From Planctomycetota bacterium (GTDB lineage Bacteria; Planctomycetota; UBA1135; UBA2386), in NCBI GenBank assembly GCA_965228735.1, contig OZ245838.1:480001-544000 (forward strand): a stretch of DNA of 64,000 bases, given 5' to 3'. The notes beneath the pieces were generated by a model. That model did no database searches and was not told where the DNA came from. It saw only the letters and a program-made list of their open reading frames with translations. The position numbers and the translations under genes were made by a program. Shown here one piece after another: positions 1 through 10,229 of the stretch (position 1 is the stretch's first letter; every line of letters begins with the position of its first letter).

Positions 1-891
1 ATCGCGCGGGGCGATCTCAGCGGTCCGCTGCCCGTCGCCCGAACCGCCGACGAGATCGGGTCGCTCACGCAGGCCTTCCACCGCATGCGCGGCGATCTCC
101 GTCAGTACATCGACGAACTCGAGAGCGCCACCGCCGCCAGGCAGAAGCTCGAAAGCGAGCTCTCGATCGCTCACGGAATTCAGGTCGGTATGGTTCCGCA
201 GGGCGGCTCCGCGGTGGAGCGAGCCCCTCGGTTCGACCTCGCGGCCGAGTTGATTCCTGCCAGCTCGGTCGGCGGCGACTGGTTCGACTACTTCCTGCTG
301 GGCCAGGATCGGCTCGTCGTCGTCGTCGGTGACGTCTGCGGTAAGGGGGTGCCCGCCGCGTTGCTCATGGCGCTGACCGTCTCGTGTATTCGCGCAGCCA
401 CGCGTCACGCGCAGACACCGGAGGCGATCCTCGCGATCGCCAACGAGGACTTCGCCAGGAACAACGAGGCCAGCATGTTCGCGACGGTCTTTTGCGGCGT
501 CCTCGATCTCCGCTCCGGGGAGCTGCAGTACGCGAGCGCCGGCCACGAACCACCGGTGATCAAGGCTCTCGATGGAGCGGCCACGATCCTCGAGGTCGAC
601 CGTGCGTTGCCGCTCGGGATCGTCGCCGAGACCGAGTACACCGCCCGCTCACGGACGCTCGCCGCCGGCGAGACCCTCGTCCTCTACACCGACGGCGTCA
701 CCGAGGCTTTCGACCCCAACCGGACGGTCTACGGCGAGGGTCGTATGCTGGAGGCCATCGCCAAGAGCACCGATTCTGATCCCACTGCTCTCAGTCGCTC
801 CATCCTGGCATCCGTCGAGAGCTTCGCCGATGGCGCACCACAGTCGGACGACATCACCCTCCTGGCCGTTGCTTGGAACCATGAACGATAG
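1..891 (+). CDS. HAMP + PP2C/SpoIIE (RsbU-like) serine phosphatase, 5'-partial
   Basis: Frame is open from base 1 (IARGDLSGPLPVARTADEIGSLTQAFHRM, HAMP-like). PP2C motifs: VGGDWFDY, GDVCGKGVPAAL, LYTDGVTE, SDDIT. Confidence 0.92.
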   Translation: MARGDLSGPLPVARTADEIGSLTQAFHRMRGDLRQYIDELESATAARQKLESELSIAHGIQVGMVPQGGSAVERAPRFDLAAELIPASSVGGDWFDYFLLGQDRLVVVVGDVCGKGVPAALLMALTVSCIRAATRHAQTPEAILAIANEDFARNNEASMFATVFCGVLDLRSGELQYASAGHEPPVIKALDGAATILEVDRALPLGIVAETEYTARSRTLAAGETLVLYTDGVTEAFDPNRTVYGEGRMLEAIAKSTDSDPTALSRSILASVESFADGAPQSDDITLLAVAWNHER

Positions 892-1324
892 GACGCAGAC
901 CTTCGCGGCGACGAGCTCCGATGGCGCGGCGCTCAAAGAGATCCGCCAGCAACTCGGGGTGTTCGCGCGGTGCGTCGATCCGAACGGATCGCTCGGCGGC
1001 GACGTCGAGACCATCGCCGCCGAGATCCTCGACAACATCCGAGAGCACAGCTCGGGAGAGAGTCGCGTCAACGTGCGCGTCACCCACGGGACCGCCGCGC
1101 TGGAGATCGAGTTCCGCGACGCGGGGGTCGCCTTCGACCCGCTGCAAGCTGAGTCCCCCGATCTGGACGTTCCGCTCTGCGAGCGCGATATCGGTGGCCT
1201 CGGCATCCACATTGCCTGCAGCCTCGCCAGCGAGCTTCGCTACCGCCGCAGTTCCGAAGGCGAGAACGTCCTCACGGTCCGGCTCTCCCTCTCGAAGGGA
1301 AGCGGTCGTCGGCCAGGGAACTGA
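881..1324 (+). CDS. RsbW/SpoIIAB-like anti-sigma factor kinase
   Basis: ATG 881 overlaps the upstream gene. EILDNIREH, DAGVAFDP, IGGLGIHI and GENVLTV are HATPase_c_2-type motifs. Confidence 0.85.
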   Translation: MNDRTQTFAATSSDGAALKEIRQQLGVFARCVDPNGSLGGDVETIAAEILDNIREHSSGESRVNVRVTHGTAALEIEFRDAGVAFDPLQAESPDLDVPLCERDIGGLGIHIACSLASELRYRRSSEGENVLTVRLSLSKGSGRRPGN

Positions 1325-1371
1325 GGTTCATCATCCACATTCACGTTTCACGCAGAACTGGAGAATCACAC

Positions 1372-1752
1372 ATGAGCTTGAAGATCGTCAACCAACAATC
1401 CGGCAGGTCGCGCGCGATCCAGGTGGCCCTGAAGGGAAGCCTCGATTCCGAGACCGCTCCGCAGCTCGAAGAGCACCTCGACAGGGTGGTAGATGAGTAC
1501 ATCAAGACACTCACCTTCGATCTGGAGGACCTTGACTTCATCAGCAGCGCCGGCCTTCGCGTCTTCGTCAAGGTCCAGAAGACTCTCGATGCGCGTGGCG
1601 GTGAAGTCTTGATGTTTCACCTTCAACCGCAGATCGAGAAGGTCTTCGAGATCGTGAAGGCGCTGCCTTCGATGACTGTCTTCGCCAGCGAACAGGAGAT
1701 GGACGACTACCTCGAGACCATGCAAGCCAAGGCATCCGGGCAGGAGGAGTAG
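1372..1752 (+). CDS. STAS-domain anti-anti-sigma factor (RsbV-like)
   Basis: LKGSLDSETAP...DLEDLDFISSAGLR motif with phosphoacceptor Ser; GGAG upstream. Confidence 0.92.
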   Translation: MSLKIVNQQSGRSRAIQVALKGSLDSETAPQLEEHLDRVVDEYIKTLTFDLEDLDFISSAGLRVFVKVQKTLDARGGEVLMFHLQPQIEKVFEIVKALPSMTVFASEQEMDDYLETMQAKASGQEE

Positions 1753-1898
1753 GGAGACGGACGACCGCTCTGGCCTTCTCTGATTTCCCGAGCCAGGACA
1801 GTGCCGCGAGCAGGCCGGTCTCGCGGCTGGCGACGTCAGGGGGATGCGCATCACTCGTACGGCCACGACCGCCCCGCCGCCCTCCCAACTATGACGCC

Positions 1899-2147
1899 AT
1901 GACCGTCCGCAACCTCGAGCAGCTCTTCCAGCCATCGTCGGTCGCGGTAGTCGGGGCCTCCAAGCGTGCCCAGAGCGTCGGCGGCGTGGTCATCAGAAAC
2001 CTCCTTCGCGGCGGTTTCGACGGTCCGATCATGCCGGTCAATCCGAAGTATGCAGCGATCGCCGGTGTGCTGGCGTACCCGGACGTGGCGAGCCTCCCCG
2101 ATGTTCTGGACCTGTCCGCGATCGCCAGCTGGCCGGTTTTGAAGTGA
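1899..2147 (+). pseudogene. Truncated N-terminal CoA-binding domain of a Pat/YfiQ-type acyl-CoA synthetase/acetyltransferase
   Basis: LFQPSSVAVVGAS...VNPKY...AYPDVASLP. Similarity ends at about 2128, where an IS-like end begins. Confidence 0.8.
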
Positions 2148-2181
2148 CCGCAACTGGCCGGTTTCAAGGTGTTCCCCGAGG
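2129..2181. mobile_element. Orphan IS21-family-like terminal sequence
   Basis: Two CTGGCCGGTTT units 25 bp apart, ending GTGTTCCCCGAGG. This resembles the tandem transposase-binding repeats of IS21-type ends. No istAB nearby. Confidence 0.5.
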
Positions 2182-2204
2182 TCTCCTGGCCCTTCTTCGA
2201 GCAA

Positions 2205-2229
2205 GAGGAAATGGAGCGGGTGATCGGGA
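2205..2229 (-). repeat. Short att-like copy of tRNA-Gly 3' end
   Basis: GAGGAAATGGAGCGGGTGATCGGGA is identical to 61747-61771. Its reverse complement contains ...ATCACCCGCTCCA (acceptor stem + CCA). Confidence 0.75.
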
Positions 2230-2348
2230 GCCCACGGCTGATTCTGCATCTGTGGGCTAGCCGGGCGTGCTGCCGCATCGTTCGGAGCGACCTCGCAACA
2301 CCTTGTCGACTCCGGCTCACCTGCGCAATGTCGCCGCAGCACATGCGA

Positions 2349-3767
2349 TCACCTGCCGGTTCGGCCGCCGGTGGCCCGTGGCGATCGGGGCTGCTTCGCC
2401 TCGTTGCCGTCGCCCTCGTCCTGCACGTCGCGGCCGGTGACTGCCACGTTGTCTCTAGCGAACTCGGTGAAGTGCACCGGGTGGAGCGTTTCGTTGATCA
2501 GGGTGACTCGCCTTGCGGCGTTGTACCGGCGCAGTTCGCCGATGTCGGTATTCTCCTTCGTGTATCGATCGCCCGTCGTCCCGACGATGATCGGTCGAAG
2601 CTTCTCGGGTTCGCTCGTTCTGCTGGAGGTGATCTTGATCCGGTGCCCGCTTCCGGCGATCTCGGCCAGGGCGTGGTCGCCCCTTTCCTGCACGGCGGCA
2701 CCGAGCAACTCCAGCTCGATGTCCGCATCGTGGCGGTTGCTGTAGGGCATCGTGAGCAGCGGCGAGAAGGCCGCGTCTCCCTTGCACCGGCGAACGACGC
2801 CGCTCGGCGGAACGCTGTAGGCGTGGCCTCCCGACTCCAGCACGACGCAGTCGGTGACCGTTCCGCCACTGGCCATCGTGATGGTGATGCCGCCACGCAT
2901 GCGCTTCACCACGCACTTCTCGACCGTGATGTGGCCGGTTCGGCGCTTGTTGCCCTCGCGATCGCTTCCGTTCAGATAGGCGCGAATGCCGTCCTCAGTG
3001 AGGCTCAGCATGTGGCCCTTTGGGATCGCCTCCCCCTTCCTCCATGGGGGGTACATCACTCGGTAGTCATGCTCCTTGGCGAGGCCGGTTTGCTCCTGGT
3101 AGATCTCATCAGTCAGGCGCAGCGCGCCCTTCATCGTGACGCCTCGGATCACCGTGTCCTGCGCGCCATGGATGTGGATGCCGTGACCGAAGGCGTACAC
3201 CTCGAAGTCGCAGTCCTCGACCAGCGTCCGGTCGCCCAGGATCGCCATGGCGGAGTGCTTCTGCAGCTTCGTGAACGCACCGCGGCCCTTGCCGTACAGA
3301 TCGCCATAGCCGTAGGGCGACGAGCCGCGGATGGTGATCTTGCAGCCTCGGAACACGTTGTCGTTGCCGAGTACCGTGAACTCATTGATGCCCCGGGGCG
3401 CGGCGTGCTCGCCGATGTCGACGAACGCGCCACCGATGATCTGGATGTGGTCGCCTTCGAGAAGAAACCCGCTGTGTTCATGCGGCATTCCGCGGGGCAT
3501 GTCCGCGTGGACCTTCGTGTCGGTCTCGATCCTCACGCCCGTGAGGTCGATCCGGTTGTTGGAGCCGCTGAAACGGAACACGATCTTCGGGTCGTCCGAG
3601 TAGATGCGGTCAATCAGGTAGGAGCCGGGCTTCAAGCGGACATGGTTCCCGCTCATCGCCGCGTAGACGGCGAGTTCCTTCAGCGAGGATATCTCGACCG
3701 GCTTTGCGTCGGTTTGTGCAGCCGGTGCGGTCAGCATCGAGATCGCTACCACCCATGTCCGTATCAT
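2349..3767 (-). CDS. Secreted right-handed parallel beta-helix (pectin lyase-like) protein
   Basis: Signal peptide, VRLKPGSYLI, and repeated beta-coil strands (GNDNVFRGCKI, FGHGIHIHGAQDTVIRGV, EDGIRAY). Confidence 0.7.
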   Translation of the reverse strand: MIRTWVVAISMLTAPAAQTDAKPVEISSLKELAVYAAMSGNHVRLKPGSYLIDRIYSDDPKIVFRFSGSNNRIDLTGVRIETDTKVHADMPRGMPHEHSGFLLEGDHIQIIGGAFVDIGEHAAPRGINEFTVLGNDNVFRGCKITIRGSSPYGYGDLYGKGRGAFTKLQKHSAMAILGDRTLVEDCDFEVYAFGHGIHIHGAQDTVIRGVTMKGALRLTDEIYQEQTGLAKEHDYRVMYPPWRKGEAIPKGHMLSLTEDGIRAYLNGSDREGNKRRTGHITVEKCVVKRMRGGITITMASGGTVTDCVVLESGGHAYSVPPSGVVRRCKGDAAFSPLLTMPYSNRHDADIELELLGAAVQERGDHALAEIAGSGHRIKITSSRTSEPEKLRPIIVGTTGDRYTKENTDIGELRRYNAARRVTLINETLHPVHFTEFARDNVAVTGRDVQDEGDGNEAKQPRSPRATGGRTGR

Positions 3768-3929
3768 GATTCTGGTCTCAGGGGTTGGTTCAGGTGGTCA
3801 TCCACGATTGCTTCCGCTGCCTGGCTTGCCGTTGCCGAGGAAGGTCGCCTCGGCCCAACTCGTTCGCTGCCTGCCTGGCCGGATCAGAGCGCGATTCGAA
3901 CACGGCGCGCAGGCGTGCCGCAATCTCCG

Positions 3930-4230
3930 AGTGCTGCGACAAAGGCGTCATGCCGCTCCAGGTGATCCTCGCGCAGCGAGTAGAGCTGTTGGCTACCGTC
4001 CTTGAATCGGCAGAACTTCCATCCGTCCTTGTCGATCACGACCCCCTTCATGATGCCGCGGCCGCGGATGAAGATCCAATCATGGCCGCGGTCCGGCTCG
4101 CCTGAAGCGTCGCGAGGTAGGATCGACCGTCCGTGCGGGTGACGCGAGGATCCTCGAGGCCGACGATCTCGGCGAGTGTCGCAAGAAGGTCGTAGTGCGT
4201 CGTCAGGCGATCGCCTACGGCGGCATTACC
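3930..4230 (-). pseudogene. Frameshifted C-terminal fragment of a sulfatase
   Basis: Minus strand reads DRLTTHYDLLATLAEIVG...DGRSYLATLQ, then after a frameshift GEPDRGHDWIF...DGWKF...QLYSLREDHLERHD. Boundaries approximate. Confidence 0.65.
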
Positions 4231-4270
4231 AGCGCCTGGTCTACGGCTGGGATCCTGACGCTCACTGCTG

Positions 4271-4540
4271 ATGGCCGCGCCGTTCGTCGCGCCTGTGCGT
4301 CTGGAACGTGTCGACGTCGGCGGACTGATCCTGCCGATCGCGACGGCCGAGGACAGCGTGCTGACGAAACTCGAGTGGTTCGAGAAAGGCGGCCGAGCTT
4401 CCGACCGTCAGTGGCGTGACGTGCTCGGAGTGATCAAGGCGCAGGGTGAACGCCTGGACGTTGCCTACCTCGAGCGCTGGGCCGGTGATCTCGGGCTGAG
4501 CGAGATGCTCGATCGCGCGTTGCGTGAGGCGAGCGGCTGA
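4271..4540 (+). pseudogene. C-terminal fragment of a nucleotidyltransferase-like protein
   Basis: ATAEDSVLTKLEWF...SDRQWRDVLGV...LDVAYLERWA is the typical C-terminal half; the N-terminal half is absent. Confidence 0.6.
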
Positions 4541-4767
4541 CCGGCGGCGCCATACTATGGGCCAAGTGCCAAGCTCGGAGTGCCCTTGCCGGCCGGCTGG
4601 GGGATCGAGATCGGCGGTAGAGCGACTGCGCCGACCGGGTCGATGCCGAGCGTGCCGAGGCCGGGACGGGGATCGAGGCCGGCGCGAACGCTGCGAAGGG
4701 AGCGGCGAAGTCGCCGAGGCTCGAGGGACAGTGCAGCCGCCAGCGCTCGCGGTAGGCTGCGCATGGC

Positions 4768-5457
4768 ATGGAGCAGCCGCTGGATACCTGCTGGACGATG
4801 GTGCGGGCCGCATCACTCGGCGACCGGGCAGCGCGTTCGGTGTTCTCGCGCAGCTACGCGGCGGTCGTGCGTCGCTACCTCGAACACCGCTGGGCAGGCT
4901 CGGCGTTGCGCCAGGAAGTCGAGGATGCGCTGCAAGACGTGTTCGTCGAGTGCTTCAAGCCCGATGGTGCGTTGACGAAAGCCGACCCTGCCGGCGGTGA
5001 TTTCCGCGGACTGCTCTATGCCGTCGTGCGCAACGTCGCGCGCCGCCACGAAAGGGCCGCGAGCAGGCGGCGCGCGCGGGAGGGAGCGGCCGAGTTGCAC
5101 CCGGACGATGTGCCGGATCGCGCCGAGGCGTTGTCGCGCATGTTCGACCGCACCTGGGCGCAGGGCGTGCTGCGCGAGGCCGTGTTGCGGCACGCCTCAC
5201 GCGCGCGCCGGGGCGCCGCCGACTTCCGGCAGCGCTACCGGGTGTTGCGACTGCGCCATCATCGCGGCCGGTCGATCCAGCAGATCGCGGCCGATCTCGG
5301 TGAGGCCGATGTCGCGGCGGTGCACAACGCCTATCGGCGGGCGCGGCGCGAGTTTCGCCTCGTCCTTCGCGAGGTCGTGGCGCGGCACACCGGCGCCGAA
5401 GGTGAGGACAACCTCGACGCCGCCTGCCGCCGCGTGACCGCGCTGCTCGGCTCCTGA
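4768..5457 (+). CDS. ECF-type RNA polymerase sigma-70 factor
   Basis: TCWTMVRAA, EDALQDVF, FRGLLYAVVRN, FDRTWA; region-4 HTH SIQQIAADLG...YRRAR. Confidence 0.88.
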   Translation: MEQPLDTCWTMVRAASLGDRAARSVFSRSYAAVVRRYLEHRWAGSALRQEVEDALQDVFVECFKPDGALTKADPAGGDFRGLLYAVVRNVARRHERAASRRRAREGAAELHPDDVPDRAEALSRMFDRTWAQGVLREAVLRHASRARRGAADFRQRYRVLRLRHHRGRSIQQIAADLGEADVAAVHNAYRRARREFRLVLREVVARHTGAEGEDNLDAACRRVTALLGS

Positions 5458-5542
5458 TCGGCGGCACGATCGCGGGTTTTCCGGGATTCCATGACTGAAA
5501 CGGGTTGGCGGGCGATGTTTTCGCGACACTGGAACCCGGCCG

Positions 5543-8500
5543 ATGCCCGAAGACACCGACAAGCCCGCTGACGACAGTGGTTTCGATGCCGATCTCGATC
5601 GCGCGCTCGATGGCGGGTTCGCGGCGGCGGGTGACGAAAGCGAACAGGACGACTCGGTCCAGAGCCCCAGCGTGCTCGGCCGGATCGCCGAGCTGACCGG
5701 TGATACGCCCAAGGTCTCACTGCGCGAGCCGGCCCCGACCGGCAACACCCCGCTGCTGAAACCGCTCGGCCCGGGCGACGACGCCGTGCGCGGCAAGTAC
5801 ATGGTGCAGGGCGAGCTCGGCAAGGGCGGGGTTGGCGCCGTGCACAAGGGTCACGACACCGACCTCGGCCGCGACGTGGCAATGAAGTTCCTGCACGACC
5901 GCTACAAGGACGAGCCGGCCGTGCTGCACCGGTTCGTCGAGGAGGCGCAGATCGGCGGCCAGCTGCAGCACCCGGGCATCGTGCCGGTCTACGACCTCGG
6001 CATGAGCGACGGGCGACCGTTCTTCACGATGAAGCTCGTGAAGGGCGAGACGCTGGCCAGGCAACTCGGCGATCGCGAGGCGGTGACCGACGACCGGCGG
6101 CGGTTGCTGTCGGTGTTCGAGGATGTGTGCCAGACGATGGCGTACGCGCACGCGCGCGGCGTGGTGCACCGCGACCTCAAGCCGGCCAACATCATGGTCG
6201 GCGCGTTCGGCGAGGTGCAGGTCGTCGACTGGGGGATGGGGAAGGTGCTCGCGTCTGGCGGCGTTGCCGACGAGAAGCGCGCGGCCGACAAGCAGTCGGC
6301 GATGTCGGTGATCGAGACCGTGCGCAGTCAGGGTCACGGCACGCAGTCGTTGATGGGTTCGGTCATGGGGACCCCGGCCTATATGCCGCCGGAGCAGGCG
6401 CGTGGTGACGTCGAGGCGATGGACGAGCGCAGTGACGTGTTCGCGCTCGGGGCGATCCTGTGTGAGATCCTGACCGGACTGCCGCCGTACGTCGGCGAGC
6501 TCGAGGAACTGATCGGCATGGCGGCGATGGCGCAGCTCGACGACGCGAAGGCGCGGCTGTCAGGCTGTGGCGCCGAGCAGGACCTCGTCGATCTCGCCAC
6601 GCGTTGCCTGATGCCGGCGCCGGCGGCGCGCCCGAAGTCGGCCGAGGCGGTGGCGCAAGCGGTTCACGATCACCTCGCCGCGGTCGAAGCGCGGGTCCAC
6701 GATGCACGCGTTGAGGCGGCCGAAGCGAAGGTGCGGGCGACGGCGTTGACGAGGCAGCGCACGTTGGGACTCGCACTCACGACTGCTGTTGCGGCTGGGC
6801 TAGTGGTATCGCTGTGGTTCTGGTTCGATGCGGACGAGCAGCGTGCGCTGGCTGTTCAGGCTGCCAAGGACGAGAAGATTGCTGCCGAGCTCGCCGAGGA
6901 GCGGCGCATCGAGGCCGAGCGGCAACGCGACCAGGTCGAGCGCATCGCGGAGTTCATGAGTGAGACGCTCGCGGGCGCGGGGCCACGGGTCGCATTGGGG
7001 CGCGACACCACGCTGCTGCGCGAGATGATGGATGCTGCCGCCGAGCGGATCGCGGGCGGCGAACTGACTGCGTCGCCCGAGGCCGAACTGCGACTACGTG
7101 CGACCATTGGCGGAACGTATCAAGAACTGGCGGCGTACGACGAGGCCGAGCGCATGTTCGCGCCGGCGCTGCAGCTCGCGCGACAGCTGCATGTCGGCGA
7201 TCACGAGGTCGTCGCGACCGCGGCCGAGAACTTGGCGAGGGTGCATCGCGCGCGGGATGAGTTTGGCCTGGCCGAGCAGCTGATCGGCGAATCCTTGGCG
7301 ATGCGTCGTCGGATCTACCGCGGCGATCACGAACTCGTGGTGAGGAGCATCGACTGCCTTGCTAGGCTGGTCGGAAGTCAGGGAGATCCAACGAGAAGCG
7401 CCGAGCTGCATCGCGAGGCGGTGCAAATGGCGGAGCGTTCGTTCGGGAAGCAGGATCCCAGATACGCGCAGTATCTGGCCCATTGGGCAGACGCGCTGTG
7501 GACGCTCGGCGATCAGGACAGCGCCGAGGTCCACCTTCGCGAGAGCCTTGCGATCCATCGGCGGCATTTTCCGGGCGATCACCCGACGGTCGGGTCGGCC
7601 CTTGCCAATCTGGGGAAGCTGCTGACGCAGCAAGGCCAGCTCGATGAGGCGGACAAGCTGCTGCGTGAGGCGTTGGCAATCGACAGGCGAGTGTATCCCA
7701 GCGGTCACCCGCACACGGCGATCACTCTGGACAGCCTGGCGGCCCTGTTGGTAATCCGCGGGGAGCTGGAGAAGGCCGAGACTTGCGTACGGGAGGCTCT
7801 GGCCATTCGTCGGCGGGTATTCCCGGGGGACGGCACCCACGTGGTGACCAGTCTCGGATTGCTTGCGCAGATGCTTGTCCTCCGCGGGAGGCCCGCGGAG
7901 GCGGAGCCGCTCCAGCGGGAATCACTGGCCATGGCGAGGCGCCTCCTGGAGGGCGATCACCGTCAGATCGCGCTGGAAATGGCCCGGCTCGGGCACATCC
8001 TGCGTCTGCACGGTGATCTGGCAGAGTCGGAGCAGGTCTACCGCGAGTCCTTGGCGATGAGCCGCCGCCTCTACCGTGGCGACCATCCGGACGTGGCCGG
8101 GATGATGAACGACCTGGCACTTGTCGTGGGTGACCGTGGGGATGTTGCGGCGGGGGAGTCTCTGCTTCGAGAATCGTTGGCGATGAAGCGCCGGCTGCAC
8201 GGTCGCGACGATCAGGGCGTCGCAGTGACCCTCATCAACCTGGGCTCCGCGCTGCAGTCCCAGGGGGACCTGGACGCAGCCGAGGACGCCTACCGAGAGG
8301 CCTATGGGCTCATGAGCCGGATTGCGACCGGTGACCATCCATACCTTGCCAACTGTGCCTTGCTCTGGGGCCAGCTACTTCTCCAGCGTGGGGATGCGCG
8401 CGCCGCGGAGCCACTTCTTCGGGAGGCGTTGGCGCTGCGGCAGCGCGTGTACGAGTCGGGTCACGAGTTGATTCGTGCCGCCAAGGCGGCCCACGACAGC

Positions 8501-8869
8501 GCCATGGCGCAGTTGGGGAGAAGTGATGGGAGTTCGACACCTGCGGGTGGGAAGCACGACGACGCACCGGGTGATCTCGTTGCGCGTGCCCGGCAGTTGC
8601 TCGACCCCAGTGATGGCGAGAGCGACCGAGATCCGAAGCAGGCGCTCGTTCTCGCAGAGCAGGTAGTCGAGGCAACGCGCGCCGTGAAGTGCGGGCCGCT
8701 CCAGGTGCTCGCCGAGGCGCTGTTCGCGAACGGCAAGCCCGACGAGGCGAAGTCGAAGATGCAGCGTGCGATGCGCGCGTGGCACTCCACGCGTTCGGCC
8801 GAGAAGAAGGAACTCGGCGAGCGCGATCTGAAGTGGATGCAGCAGCGCTTGAGGGAGTACGGCAAGTGA
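5543..8869 (+). CDS. Hanks-type Ser/Thr kinase with TM segment and TPR repeats
   Basis: [40 protein letters not shown]. Followed by ~42-aa TPR-like repeats (GDHP...LRESLA.RRR). Confidence 0.95.
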   Translation: MPEDTDKPADDSGFDADLDRALDGGFAAAGDESEQDDSVQSPSVLGRIAELTGDTPKVSLREPAPTGNTPLLKPLGPGDDAVRGKYMVQGELGKGGVGAVHKGHDTDLGRDVAMKFLHDRYKDEPAVLHRFVEEAQIGGQLQHPGIVPVYDLGMSDGRPFFTMKLVKGETLARQLGDREAVTDDRRRLLSVFEDVCQTMAYAHARGVVHRDLKPANIMVGAFGEVQVVDWGMGKVLASGGVADEKRAADKQSAMSVIETVRSQGHGTQSLMGSVMGTPAYMPPEQARGDVEAMDERSDVFALGAILCEILTGLPPYVGELEELIGMAAMAQLDDAKARLSGCGAEQDLVDLATRCLMPAPAARPKSAEAVAQAVHDHLAAVEARVHDARVEAAEAKVRATALTRQRTLGLALTTAVAAGLVVSLWFWFDADEQRALAVQAAKDEKIAAELAEERRIEAERQRDQVERIAEFMSETLAGAGPRVALGRDTTLLREMMDAAAERIAGGELTASPEAELRLRATIGGTYQELAAYDEAERMFAPALQLARQLHVGDHEVVATAAENLARVHRARDEFGLAEQLIGESLAMRRRIYRGDHELVVRSIDCLARLVGSQGDPTRSAELHREAVQMAERSFGKQDPRYAQYLAHWADALWTLGDQDSAEVHLRESLAIHRRHFPGDHPTVGSALANLGKLLTQQGQLDEADKLLREALAIDRRVYPSGHPHTAITLDSLAALLVIRGELEKAETCVREALAIRRRVFPGDGTHVVTSLGLLAQMLVLRGRPAEAEPLQRESLAMARRLLEGDHRQIALEMARLGHILRLHGDLAESEQVYRESLAMSRRLYRGDHPDVAGMMNDLALVVGDRGDVAAGESLLRESLAMKRRLHGRDDQGVAVTLINLGSALQSQGDLDAAEDAYREAYGLMSRIATGDHPYLANCALLWGQLLLQRGDARAAEPLLREALALRQRVYESGHELIRAAKAAHDSAMAQLGRSDGSSTPAGGKHDDAPGDLVARARQLLDPSDGESDRDPKQALVLAEQVVEATRAVKCGPLQVLAEALFANGKPDEAKSKMQRAMRAWHSTRSAEKKELGERDLKWMQQRLREYGK

Positions 8870-9188
8870 CGAACGCCGACCGCGGCTACGACACCGACCC
8901 GCCGATGTCGTTGTCCGGCGTGTTGCCGCGACATCATGGCCGCCGACATGTGAGGCGGGCTGACGGGGCGCCACCGTGCGAGATAGCCGGGGTCGTGGGT
9001 CGAGCTGGAGCGAGATCGAGCGGCTCGAAGGGGAGCCAGGCGGGGTGGATCGTGGATCGTGGCGAGTTGGGTTCGGGGTGGCCGGCACAATCTGAGCGCC
9101 CGGGGGTGAAAAGCTGATCCCCGCGGTGCGTGGCAGAGGCGCTTGGCGGCGCGGCGATCCGCTTCGCGCATAGCTCCTTGCCAGGGAA

Positions 9189-9233
9189 TGGAGTGGGTGA
9201 TCGGGATCGAACCGACGACATTCAGCTTGGGAA
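9189..9233 (-). repeat. att site: 3' half of tRNA-Gly(CCC) (fragment, not a full gene)
   Basis: Reverse complement TTCCCAAGCTGAATGTCGTCGGTTCGATCCCGATCACCCACTCCA has anticodon CCC, T-loop and CCA. 44/45 identical to 61754-61798; no 5' half. Confidence 0.9.
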
Positions 9234-9484
9234 AGGCGTCGGGTCGGAAAGTGACAAGCGCGGACAATAGCGGTCAGGCGCGGTCAAGTGAGGGCGAGCC
9301 AGCTGGTTCCGAAGAATCGGGCGAGCCGACTTATGAGCGTGATGCGGACACCTGAGGACATGCGCGGGGCGTATTGTTGGCACTAAGTTGGCAATCCGAC
9401 ATCGGGCGCGATGCGGCAGCCACGGGCAACACGCATGGAGATCACGCCGCCGACGCCGCGCAGTGCTCGACCCGCGCTTGCCAG

Positions 9485-9838
9485 CTAGTCCCAGTCGCAG
9501 AGCGAATCGTTCTCGTCGTAGAACACCTTGCCGTCCTGGAAACACAGGTCCGCGGGCGTGCCGTCTGGCAGCCTGAATGCCGCCCATCCGTAGATGTGGG
9601 GCGCGATCGCCTTGAGGATTGGGACCGCAGGGTTGCCCCACCAGCCATCGTGAAGCACGAATCCCGACCAGGCGGAGAAGTCAACGCGTCCTTCGCGGCT
9701 CACCAATCCCATGGTGTCCATCGACGCGGAGATCTTCTTGAGCGCCTCGACGTCGAGGTGGTCGATCTTCTGCTCTTCAAAATCTTGTCTATCTCCCATT
9801 TCATATGCCCTCCTTTGCATACAACTGAGGGCACACAC
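9485..9838 (-). CDS. Hypothetical protein
   Basis: Low-GC ORF with protein-like composition; start uncertain. Confidence 0.45.
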   Translation of the reverse strand: MCALSCMQRRAYEMGDRQDFEEQKIDHLDVEALKKISASMDTMGLVSREGRVDFSAWSGFVLHDGWWGNPAVPILKAIAPHIYGWAAFRLPDGTPADLCFQDGKVFYDENDSLCDWD

Positions 9839-9917
9839 CTATTTAGTCTTTCGGTTGGCTGGGGAGTCCGCGCTGCCGGTCCGACAGGTTTAAGAAGCTC
9901 CAATCCCTCTGCCTGAG

Positions 9918-10151
9918 ATGCGGAAGCGTAGAGACATCCTCACCATCGCGGAGAAGGTGCATTGGGAGCTGCGGGTGCGGGGCGAGACGTCGATCACGAC
10001 GCTTTGTGAAGCGACCGGGTCGACGCGCGAGACGATCGTCAAAGTGCTGGCGCACCTAAAGAGGCTCGGGCTGGTCCGTGAGCGTCGAGTGCCCGAGGTT
10101 GCGCCGCCACGTCCGATGCGCTTCTTCTTTCTTGGCTCTCGACGACGATGA
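9918..10151 (+). CDS. Small winged-helix DNA-binding protein
   Basis: SITTLCEATGSTRETIVKVLAHLKRLGLVRE matches a wHTH pattern. Confidence 0.55.
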   Translation: MRKRRDILTIAEKVHWELRVRGETSITTLCEATGSTRETIVKVLAHLKRLGLVRERRVPEVAPPRPMRFFFLGSRRR

Positions 10152-10229
10152 TCCGATCGGGGGCGCGACGTCGACTGGCTGGCATGCAGCGGCCCCTCTT
10201 CTACTCGCTGCCGTCGCCTCGTGTCGTGG

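Noticed and set aside
2169..3965. Long antisense/shadow ORFs (e.g. 2169-3965, 23861-26278, 28138-29853, 53763-56060)
   Set aside because: They lie opposite well-supported genes; expected in high-GC DNA; no motifs.
9189..9233. Functional tRNA-Gly genes here or at 61754-61798
   Set aside because: Only the anticodon loop to CCA is present; there is no D-arm or 5' acceptor strand.
9377..9393. Sigma-54-like TTGGCACTAAGTTGGC
   Set aside because: Spacing fits, but there is no convincing downstream plus-strand gene; it may instead be an att-adjacent repeat.
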